A DNA stretch of 64,000 bases, taken from assembly GCA_043825875.1 (NCBI GenBank), contig JBDRRF010000045.1, positions 1 to 64,000 on the forward strand. The letters run 5' to 3'. Origin of the DNA: Pseudomonadota bacterium. GTDB lineage: Bacteria > Desulfobacterota > Desulfobacteria > Desulfobacterales > RPRI01. A program made the position numbers and the translations under genes. Below the pieces are notes generated by a model. That model searched no databases. It was not told where the DNA came from and was given only the letters and a program-made list of their open reading frames with translations. Positions 49,215 through 57,810 of the stretch are shown piece after piece (the stretch's first letter is position 1; each line of letters starts with the position of its first letter).

Positions 49215-50525
49215 ATGGCTTTAACAGTTGAAATTGAAAAACAGCTTTATGATTTTAACGAAGTTCGAGATATATCAAGCTTTAGTAATCCAGGCTTTTC
49301 TATAGCAATTTATAAGGCAGATATAGAAAAACTATGGGATGAACGAATATCCGGACAAATAGTTGATACGAACGGAAACGTCCAAAACGTGAGTTTGAAG
49401 ATTTATCAATGGTGTCAATATCGACTCTTAAAACTCCAGGTAGCTTTGTCTCAATATTTTCTTAATTTTGAAAACCACATTGAGATGATGATAGCATGTG
49501 CCATTGCCCAAGAGCCAATTTTATTTATTGGCCCACCTGGTGTTGCAAAAACTGAATTGGCAATAAGCTTTTTTGGTGGAATTGGTTTAAGAAGGCCGAC
49601 GGCAGATTCAAAAGAGAAACAAAATGATTCCAAATATTTTGAATATTTGCTATCTCCCTATACAGTTCCTGAAGAACTTTTTGGACTATTAGATATTGAT
49701 AAACTGAAAGATGGTGAAGTAACAAGAATAAATCAAAATATGATTACAGGCAAGCATGTCAGGGGAGTATTTCTAGATGAAGTGTTTAATGCATCGAGCA
49801 ATATTCTTAATACTTTGCTTACTTTAATTAATGAAAGACGCTATTTTGATAAAGGGATGTTCCAACCGGCTGATTTAAAAATATTGATTGGTGCTTCAAA
49901 CGACACACCAGTAGGTAAATATGGTTCTGGGCAAGGATTTGCCGGGAAAAAATCAGCTGAGCTCAGAGCCTTTTATGATAGATTTACAATAAGGCTCTAC
50001 TTTCCAACTCCACAGGAGCTGAGCCCTACCAATGAAGCTCTGATAAAAGATAATTACAAAAAAATTCTTGAGATTTCTCAAGAGCGGACCATGGAAAAAT
50101 TAACCATGGAAAGGCCCCAGGAATTCAGGCAGATCGCATGTATTAATGATATTCTTTTGCTTGGTCGACTAATAGGCCATCGGAATATGAAATTACCGGA
50201 AGAAATACAAGAGCTCGCACTTTCTGTCATATCAGGTCTGTCCCTTAAACGTTCAGTAAAGGAATTGTGCACTATGTCACCAAGAAAAGCTAACAAGGTG
50301 ATACCCATGATTTGCGCTAGTTCCTTCCTGATTCCTCCAGAAAATCTCAGAACCAATCGCAATGGTAATTTTTCAACGGAAGAATTGATAAAATATGTTA
50401 ATAAAGACACATATCCAAAAGTATCAGAAAAAAACCTAACTGCATTCTATCATATTTGGGATTTTGAAAAAGACCGAGGACAATTAGAAAATGAGGTTAA
50501 CACTTTATTGGAGCAAATGCAATGA
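49215..50525 (+). CDS. MoxR/RavA-family AAA+ ATPase
   Basis: Walker A GPPGVAKT; YFEYLLSPYTVPEELFG; Walker B VFLDEVFNASSNILNTLLTLINER; GASN; Arg finger AFYDRF. Confidence 0.93.
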   Translation: MALTVEIEKQLYDFNEVRDISSFSNPGFSIAIYKADIEKLWDERISGQIVDTNGNVQNVSLKIYQWCQYRLLKLQVALSQYFLNFENHIEMMIACAIAQEPILFIGPPGVAKTELAISFFGGIGLRRPTADSKEKQNDSKYFEYLLSPYTVPEELFGLLDIDKLKDGEVTRINQNMITGKHVRGVFLDEVFNASSNILNTLLTLINERRYFDKGMFQPADLKILIGASNDTPVGKYGSGQGFAGKKSAELRAFYDRFTIRLYFPTPQELSPTNEALIKDNYKKILEISQERTMEKLTMERPQEFRQIACINDILLLGRLIGHRNMKLPEEIQELALSVISGLSLKRSVKELCTMSPRKANKVIPMICASSFLIPPENLRTNRNGNFSTEELIKYVNKDTYPKVSEKNLTAFYHIWDFEKDRGQLENEVNTLLEQMQ

Positions 50526-51850
50526 CACCCAAATACTGCCCTAATATGGATTGCAGAAAAGAGATTATTATAAAAGGGCCTTTAGAATTTTGTGATGAAT
50601 GCGGTAGGGCATTTATAGTTTGCTCAAATAGAGACTGCAGTACACCAAATCATATATCGGCTGTATACTGTAAGGCTTGTGGGCAGACTATTACAACAAA
50701 AAATGGGATGATTCAATCATATAAACTTAGGATTCTTGATGATGGGGAAAAAAGAAGAGGATTGTTTGTAGAGTACAATATAAAGACTGATCAAAAAATT
50801 CCAGACAAGATAAAAATGGCCGATGTTTATGGCAGTCTTGTAGTTTTTACCGGTGATTCAGGAGGAGAGTATAATAATCTGTATTTAATACACCCTTTAA
50901 TGAATTCAGAACCAATAAATATAACACAATTCCTTCCGTATAACAGTACTTTTTCTGGGTTTTTAACAGCAACCAATAAATACATTTTTTTGGGCTCAAA
51001 TCATGTGTTATATCGAATCGGCATACCGTCTGTATCAACAGCCATACCATCAAGAATTGATTTAAAAAAATATAATGTCCAAAGCTCTGAAGTATATTAT
51101 CTATCCGAAAATCTACTTCTGCTAAGGAATGAGTCATCCTTAGCTTTATGGGATATTGAAGCGGAAAATACAACTAACTATTTTGACTTTATTGGAGGAA
51201 ATATTATCATTCAAGATGATACCCTCCTGATAGCTCAATCTCAAGCACTATCTTTTTTGAAATTAAACAAGGAGGAAAAAATTCTTCAACCTGTAGCTAA
51301 ATTAAATCTTGCTGAAAAGGGAAATATTTATTCTCCATGTTATGTTTGTGGTAAGCTCTATGCAATTTCGCAAAATAGTAAGGCCTTACTCCTAAAATGG
51401 AATTTGGGGAAAGATATACTACCAATAAATGAATTGCCTAAATCCATCAAAAAGGATGGTTTGCATCATATTTATAACGTTGGAGTACTTCCTAATCGGT
51501 ATTTATTGCAATTTAACAACCATGCCGAAATTTGTGATTCTAACAGAGACATGCCAGATTATAGGTTTGATGAACCCATATCACAACATATTGCAGCAAA
51601 GTCCTGTGGGATACTTATTGCCCTGCCGTTTATTAATCCCATAGGAAACAGTATCTATATTTCCTTAATAAATGCTCAAAATGGAAAATATGTTTTTTCG
51701 ACAGATTCATTTTCCATGGTATATGCAGATCCGGTGCTCTGGGGACCATATTTTTTCGTTTTGGCAAAAAAAAATGACGTGGATTCAATAAAGCTTTATG
51801 GTTATGATCTAATGAGAGCTAAAAGGGACTCCAACGATGCTGAAGCATAG
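50522..51850 (+). CDS. Double zinc-ribbon protein with C-terminal beta-propeller-like region
   Basis: CPNMDC..FCDECG..CSNRDC..YCKACG; beta-rich remainder; coupled to the MoxR gene (ATGA). Confidence 0.75.
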   Translation: MTPKYCPNMDCRKEIIIKGPLEFCDECGRAFIVCSNRDCSTPNHISAVYCKACGQTITTKNGMIQSYKLRILDDGEKRRGLFVEYNIKTDQKIPDKIKMADVYGSLVVFTGDSGGEYNNLYLIHPLMNSEPINITQFLPYNSTFSGFLTATNKYIFLGSNHVLYRIGIPSVSTAIPSRIDLKKYNVQSSEVYYLSENLLLLRNESSLALWDIEAENTTNYFDFIGGNIIIQDDTLLIAQSQALSFLKLNKEEKILQPVAKLNLAEKGNIYSPCYVCGKLYAISQNSKALLLKWNLGKDILPINELPKSIKKDGLHHIYNVGVLPNRYLLQFNNHAEICDSNRDMPDYRFDEPISQHIAAKSCGILIALPFINPIGNSIYISLINAQNGKYVFSTDSFSMVYADPVLWGPYFFVLAKKNDVDSIKLYGYDLMRAKRDSNDAEA

Positions 51851-53807
51851 AAAGTCTTTAATTATAAATCTATTTGCAGTACTGCTATTTTTTTCAATTT
51901 ACCCTATGTCTGCCTTCGCAAATGAATATGATGCTGCTGTTTTGTATGATGGTTCAGGAAGTATGCAGGGCTTTTATCGTGCACACAGTATAACTAATCT
52001 CAACGAGAATTTGCATGATATTTTAACTGGACTGGGCTTTGCCGTAAAATCGTCTGTTTTTGTGTCAGAAAATGATACTAGTTTAATTCCTCTGTCCGAA
52101 TTTATAAATGATCCGCATCCACCATGGGGACCCACAACACGTCTTGATGAAGCGTTGTCACTTGTTATGGAAAAGCAGATTATAGTTTTTGTTACCGATA
52201 ATGTCCAAGACACAGGGGAAGATAAGTATTCCAGCACCCGTTCTTTTTACGACATGCTTGATTATGATTCTGTGCACGCTGTTCTTTTACTGCCTATACG
52301 AAAACCTTTTGATGGTATTTTGGATTTTGATAAGAATCGCTATCCCAACAGTGATAAATTGATTGAGGATCTCAAAAAGAAAAACAATGAAAGCATTATT
52401 TTTAGTAAGGCTGAAAACAATAAAAAGTATAATAAGATAAATATGAAAGGGGAAAAGTCCCTGGCTGTATATTTTATTTTCAATCAAATGCTTCCAAAAA
52501 AACAAATGGATTATTTCATGGAAGCTGTTCAGAGCAATTGTAATGTTGAACCATTTATAGTAAAGCCAATCAACCAGGGGAAATTTATTATAAAGGGGGT
52601 GAATAACAAGACTATAGTGGAGAATGCCTTTTCCTTGCTTGAGGAGACTTGTAATCCGAGAGATTCAGAGGTGTTTTCCCGTCCAAGACCTAATTGTGCT
52701 TTAGAAGAACCGCCATCAGGCATTTACTCCCCGATTTTTAAAACCTCTGAAAATAATTATGGCCTTTATTTAGTTTCAAAAAAAGATAAATTTCTTTTAA
52801 ACAAAACAAATTCTCTGCGCTTTTATTTCTCTCTTTTAAATAAATCCAGAGCCATTGATCTTGCTGGAATTAAAGGTGATTGTAAAAAAGATGTTAGGAT
52901 TACTTTGGCGGATCTTCAATACAGTCTGCCACATTCTTTGCACAAAATGGTTAGAGCAAAACAGAGCATAAAAGGGGGGATAATCCCGCCATTTATTCCA
53001 TATAATGTGAGCCATGTTACTGATTATACCTTAGAAAACAATCAATTATCTGTTTTTTTTACTGAAATCAAAATGCCGGCATATGAAACATTAATCTCAT
53101 TGAAATCACTATATAGATTTGCTTTTTTGTCCTATGTTCCTGCTATGGTTAAGGGAAGAATAAATGTTAGCGTACCGATCGGTAATATTTCCATAACTAA
53201 GGATTATGCAAAGAAATATTTTACAAAATCTGAGCTTGATCAGAGTCGCATCTTTACACCGGTAGACATTGTACATTATATCAGTAAAAAACCCGTTGAG
53301 CTCCGTTTTGATTTTGTTTCGAAAAACATTGAATTACAACCCCCGCTATGGATAAAAATACCGGTTTATCTCTTCTTAATATTCATACTCTTGGTTACAG
53401 TATATATAGCGATAAGTATAATGACACGTCATTATTTGTTGTTTGAAGATAACGGCAAAGCAATTGAAGTATATTTGCCTTTTCCTTTCACTAAAAGACA
53501 ATACGCCAGGGAAGGAGAAACAATATTCTATGTCTACAGAGGATTTATTTATTATTTTATAAAATGTCCAAATTATTGCAATCTGAAAATTGATGATATT
53601 CCCACAAACTCAGTAATGATTAGATTAAACTCCTCATTCATTATTGAAAATTCACATATGAAGATTGTAGTAGAACCGGTTGATTATGGCAAATATTCAA
53701 ATGTAGAGCATGAAGAATTATCAATTGTTGAAAAGAAAAAGAAGAAAAAAGAAAAAGAAGAAAAAACTAACTATCCTGATAATGATTATAGTAATATGTT
53801 TGATTAA
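51837..53807 (+). CDS. Exported, membrane-anchored von Willebrand A domain protein
   Basis: Signal peptide ending SAFA; MIDAS DGSGS, T (PTTRLDEAL), D (VFVTDN); TM near aa 505-530; Lys/Glu-rich tail. Confidence 0.82.
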   Translation: MLKHRKSLIINLFAVLLFFSIYPMSAFANEYDAAVLYDGSGSMQGFYRAHSITNLNENLHDILTGLGFAVKSSVFVSENDTSLIPLSEFINDPHPPWGPTTRLDEALSLVMEKQIIVFVTDNVQDTGEDKYSSTRSFYDMLDYDSVHAVLLLPIRKPFDGILDFDKNRYPNSDKLIEDLKKKNNESIIFSKAENNKKYNKINMKGEKSLAVYFIFNQMLPKKQMDYFMEAVQSNCNVEPFIVKPINQGKFIIKGVNNKTIVENAFSLLEETCNPRDSEVFSRPRPNCALEEPPSGIYSPIFKTSENNYGLYLVSKKDKFLLNKTNSLRFYFSLLNKSRAIDLAGIKGDCKKDVRITLADLQYSLPHSLHKMVRAKQSIKGGIIPPFIPYNVSHVTDYTLENNQLSVFFTEIKMPAYETLISLKSLYRFAFLSYVPAMVKGRINVSVPIGNISITKDYAKKYFTKSELDQSRIFTPVDIVHYISKKPVELRFDFVSKNIELQPPLWIKIPVYLFLIFILLVTVYIAISIMTRHYLLFEDNGKAIEVYLPFPFTKRQYAREGETIFYVYRGFIYYFIKCPNYCNLKIDDIPTNSVMIRLNSSFIIENSHMKIVVEPVDYGKYSNVEHEELSIVEKKKKKKEKEEKTNYPDNDYSNMFD

Positions 53808-53818
53808 GGAGCAGTAAT

Positions 53819-54319
53819 ATGAATAGAAAAATACAAATTTTTATTATAATAGTCTTACTTGCCTTAACAGGAAGTATCTTGCAATGGGGTTTGATAAGCC
53901 ATGGCCCATTTTATGCCCATGCAGGTGATAAATTAGACTGGGAAAAAGGCAGTGAAGGCCGGGATAATCCTTCTGATGGTTATTATAATATATTATTTAA
54001 AACAGAGAATCTACTTTTGAAAGTATGCATTTTTGTTTTAATAGTACTGGTACTTTATATTTTATTCTGGACAATTTTTAATTTCCGCATCAAACAAAAC
54101 AAATCTCCAGCAAAAGCCTTTACCGTTTTTTTCTCACTTTTCATGCTAAGCATAATTCCGGCAGTATTTATCTGTTTTTCTGAATATGCCATGTTACAGA
54201 CGTATGACAGCCAAATGACATATTTCTCACAGATCAACTGGATATATGTCGGCTTGTTTTGTTGCATTTGGGTTCCCCTATCCATTGGGATGACATCTTT
54301 TTTAAAAGGTAGAACGTAG
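53819..54319 (+). CDS. Membrane protein (about 4 TM)
   Basis: Four hydrophobic segments; RBS AAGGAG; immediately upstream of the tubulin-like gene. Confidence 0.75.
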   Translation: MNRKIQIFIIIVLLALTGSILQWGLISHGPFYAHAGDKLDWEKGSEGRDNPSDGYYNILFKTENLLLKVCIFVLIVLVLYILFWTIFNFRIKQNKSPAKAFTVFFSLFMLSIIPAVFICFSEYAMLQTYDSQMTYFSQINWIYVGLFCCIWVPLSIGMTSFLKGRT

Positions 54320-54345
54320 TCAAATCAAAACATCAGGAGACAAAA

Positions 54346-57300
54346 ATGAAAACAGAATTGCGATATGGCAATGCCCAACAAGGGAATCAACTGTTTAATA
54401 TTTCTCCCACCTTAATTATCGGATTGGGTGGTTCAGGAAAAGAAGTACTCATGCGGTTAAGAAGATTGTTTTATATGGACACCAAGACAACCGGGTTGCC
54501 AATTATCGAATACCTTTGGATTGATACAGACCCTCGCCGTCAAGACATCTCCGGTAAAGACTATGATGCGATATCTAAAAAGTTATATTTTGAAAGTCCG
54601 GAAATAATTGACGCGGAAGTACAACCTGATGAAATCAATCATTATTTTAATCGTAAAAATAGGTATCAGCATATCTTTGAGTGGCTACATCCATCTATCA
54701 GTGATTTAGGGGATAATATGCTCAAATCAGGAGCCGGGCAAGTAAGACCTTGTGGTAGACTGGCTTTTTTCCACCATTATAATACAATTAGCCAGGTTAT
54801 TAACCAGAAAATAAACCGTATCAGTAATGCAAACGCATACAAAGAAACCCTATCAAAAGGCTATATTGTCGACAATAACAGATTAGACGCATATATAGTA
54901 TCTTCCATAGGCGGTGGTACAGGCGCGGGTATGTTAATCGATTGTGCTTTTCTATTAAAAAATCTTCAAGCAAATATCAATAACATCGGTATGCTTTTTC
55001 TTCCAACCGTGTTTGATAATATACCAGGTATAAATGATACATTTAGAAGCAAGATTCACGCAAATGGGTATGCCGCTTTAATGGAGCTTGATTATTTTAT
55101 GGCCCCAAATGTTGGGACAAATATTGTTAATGCCAATTTTCCAAGATTTACGTTTAAATGGGATGGACAGGAACATGAAATTGCCGCTCCTCCTTTTTTA
55201 AATGCATATATGATAGATGCAAAAAACAGCTCTAATAAAGCATTACAAAATAATACGGAATTGTTTCAAATGGTTGCGGAGGCGATGTACCTGGAATTTT
55301 CAAAATCGAAGTTTGGCGATAACAAGAGAAGTATTCGCAGCAATTTGACTCAATTTTTAAATGATGAAACCCGATTTTATGATACAGACGCGGAAGGCAA
55401 TGAAATTTATTCCCAGTATTTTCCCAATCGCTATTTTTCCTTTGGTCTTTCATCCATAAAACTTGATATTGCAAGAAAAAAAAATGCGGCCGCCTATTTT
55501 TTGGCCCAATCAATTCTGGGTTTATGGGATTCCGGTAAGCCTGCGAAAAATGGAGTTTCTACGGAAGTCAAACAGGCGTTTAGGAAATATGACGGCGAGG
55601 TTTGGAATTACAAATCCATGCGGGAGCATTTTACTAAAGATGATGATAAACAGCAATGCTTGGACAATTTTTATAAAAATAAAATACAGCAGGATTTTGA
55701 GTTGATTGGAAAAAGGATTCAAGATCAATTCAGGCATAATACAGTGAAAGAGATGTTTGATTTTTATGAAACGCGATTAAAAGACACATTCAATGAAATT
55801 ATAGAAGATGTGGAAAATGATATTTGGCACAAACAAATCAATAACATCAATACTTCCCTTGGGCCAAATGGAAGCCATGCCAATCAAATCAACAAAAATG
55901 CGGAAAGCTGTTTTGATGACATGAAAATCTCTTTTTTTACTGAATTCAATAAATTTATCGCACTTCCCGGTGAGTTGGAAAATAAAAAAGGCAGAGAACA
56001 AGCTGCGCAATTTTTAAAAGAGTCTGTTGCAAAGCTAAAGAGTATTAAAGGAGAAGACTTTGACAGTAGGAAATACGACTCAGAAAAAGAAAATTCCTTT
56101 AAAGATCATGAAAAACCAGGAAAAGATGAAAATATATCTAAGCAACTGCAATTTTTAGTAGAAGCCAGACAGATAAAGGCACCGCTTTATTGTAAAACAT
56201 CGGTAGGATATCATCAGAATGCCGTTGATGCTAAATTAAAGCAGTATATCAGTGATGTAGAAAATAAATTGCAGAATATAATAGATCTTATGAAAGATGC
56301 CCTTTTAGAATGGTGTGAAATTCGATATCATAACGTCGTTTGTGAAAAAGCCTGGACGATTCTGGATAATCTTTGTGAGGAGTTATCAGTTGAGGTAAAA
56401 ATCGGACACGGTGCAGATGAAAAGACCGAATGGAGGGGGTTATCCGGTACGCTTGATCAGTATCACCAGGGATTGATCAGATGCAAGAAACGGTGTAAAG
56501 ACCTGTTTGATGCCTATAACACCGAAGAAAAGCAAATACGCAACCATGATATTGTTATGGATTCTGGTGAAGCTTGGTATTTAGAAAAGATACATAGAAC
56601 ACTTCGAACAACTTACGCTGACGGAAACGCGCTTTCATGGGAGGATATCCTTGATAGGGAAACGGATAAATATTTTGAAGATATAGTTAATGCAATACCT
56701 AACAATATGCTTCCGGAAGATGGCATAATTAATCGCAAGTGGGGCTTTAAATACTTATTTCAAGAATTATCAAAACTAGACACATATCGTGAAAATAAGA
56801 TCACTGATCATTTGGATTATTTTTGTAAAAACCGGCTTGACGGTTTCCTTTCAGATATTGATGCAGATACTGAATTCCAAAGAGATCTTAAATATGAACA
56901 GATACTAAAACATATTACCTCTCTATCAGATTATTACATCCCATCATCTAAATGGATCAATACAATTCAAAATGACTTGCCATCTAAACGTATTATCGGA
57001 ATTCCAGACCTGAATAATTTTCAAACGTTTGATACGGCGCAAAGAATTACTCAATATGCAGGGTGTGATGTTTTTAAACATAATCCCGGAAACCTGATAT
57101 TTTATTCAGAGTTGGCTGCTTTTCCGATGGTTGGAATTGGGGGGCTTGAAAATTCTCGCAAATTTTATTTGGAGATATTGAAAAACAAGAATTTTCTTTA
57201 CCATAGACACCTTGATTATACAATTATTGATGATTTAAGGGATATCCTTCCGCCTGAAAACGAAACAAAATCTCTTGATCGTTACAAGACAGGCCTTGAT

Positions 57301-57801
57301 TTAATTGAAGCACTGATGCTCGGTATTTTGGATTATGATAAAGAAAAAGGAACGCTTAATTTTCTACCACCTTTAGGCGATGTGCGGCTTGATAATATTA
57401 TACTGGGTAAAAGTTTCCACCGAGCAGTACAGATATTATCGATGAACAATAAATATCATAATATTCTTACAGACCAGATCGAAAAAAGAAAAGCCACCAT
57501 AAAATCACAAGGGCGCGATCTTAATTTTGAAATACTCATTCTAATCAACCACTATCAAAATAATGTCTATTTACCTCTTCAGAGGGGAGGCTATGGACTT
57601 GTTACCAATGAAAAGAGCAACACCCAAATTCTTTTAGACGGTTTGAGAGAGCAATACAGGCAGGATTCGATATCGCAGACTGGGAAACAAATTGATTGGG
57701 AGAAAATTCAACAACAAACCGATACCATAGATGAAATTTCAGATGTTTTTCCTTTTAAAGAAAAAGAAGCAAAGGCTGATTTAAGAATGCTGAAGGTTTA
57801 G
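54346..57801 (+). CDS. Tubulin/FtsZ-like GTPase (Tubulin_2-type) with long helical C-terminus
   Basis: TLIIGLGGSGKE, WIDTD, GAGQVRPCGRLAF, tubulin signature SSIGGGTGAGMLID, ANGYAALMELDY; about 780-aa helical extension. Confidence 0.9.
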   Translation: MKTELRYGNAQQGNQLFNISPTLIIGLGGSGKEVLMRLRRLFYMDTKTTGLPIIEYLWIDTDPRRQDISGKDYDAISKKLYFESPEIIDAEVQPDEINHYFNRKNRYQHIFEWLHPSISDLGDNMLKSGAGQVRPCGRLAFFHHYNTISQVINQKINRISNANAYKETLSKGYIVDNNRLDAYIVSSIGGGTGAGMLIDCAFLLKNLQANINNIGMLFLPTVFDNIPGINDTFRSKIHANGYAALMELDYFMAPNVGTNIVNANFPRFTFKWDGQEHEIAAPPFLNAYMIDAKNSSNKALQNNTELFQMVAEAMYLEFSKSKFGDNKRSIRSNLTQFLNDETRFYDTDAEGNEIYSQYFPNRYFSFGLSSIKLDIARKKNAAAYFLAQSILGLWDSGKPAKNGVSTEVKQAFRKYDGEVWNYKSMREHFTKDDDKQQCLDNFYKNKIQQDFELIGKRIQDQFRHNTVKEMFDFYETRLKDTFNEIIEDVENDIWHKQINNINTSLGPNGSHANQINKNAESCFDDMKISFFTEFNKFIALPGELENKKGREQAAQFLKESVAKLKSIKGEDFDSRKYDSEKENSFKDHEKPGKDENISKQLQFLVEARQIKAPLYCKTSVGYHQNAVDAKLKQYISDVENKLQNIIDLMKDALLEWCEIRYHNVVCEKAWTILDNLCEELSVEVKIGHGADEKTEWRGLSGTLDQYHQGLIRCKKRCKDLFDAYNTEEKQIRNHDIVMDSGEAWYLEKIHRTLRTTYADGNALSWEDILDRETDKYFEDIVNAIPNNMLPEDGIINRKWGFKYLFQELSKLDTYRENKITDHLDYFCKNRLDGFLSDIDADTEFQRDLKYEQILKHITSLSDYYIPSSKWINTIQNDLPSKRIIGIPDLNNFQTFDTAQRITQYAGCDVFKHNPGNLIFYSELAAFPMVGIGGLENSRKFYLEILKNKNFLYHRHLDYTIIDDLRDILPPENETKSLDRYKTGLDLIEALMLGILDYDKEKGTLNFLPPLGDVRLDNIILGKSFHRAVQILSMNNKYHNILTDQIEKRKATIKSQGRDLNFEILILINHYQNNVYLPLQRGGYGLVTNEKSNTQILLDGLREQYRQDSISQTGKQIDWEKIQQQTDTIDEISDVFPFKEKEAKADLRMLKV

Positions 57802-57810
57802 GAGTATCAT

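Noticed and set aside
54346..57801. Calling the tubulin-like gene ftsZ, or the Hsp70/GrpE-like genes dnaK/grpE
   Set aside because: Length, domain architecture and context differ from the housekeeping orthologues; no dcw or hrcA-dnaJ neighbours.
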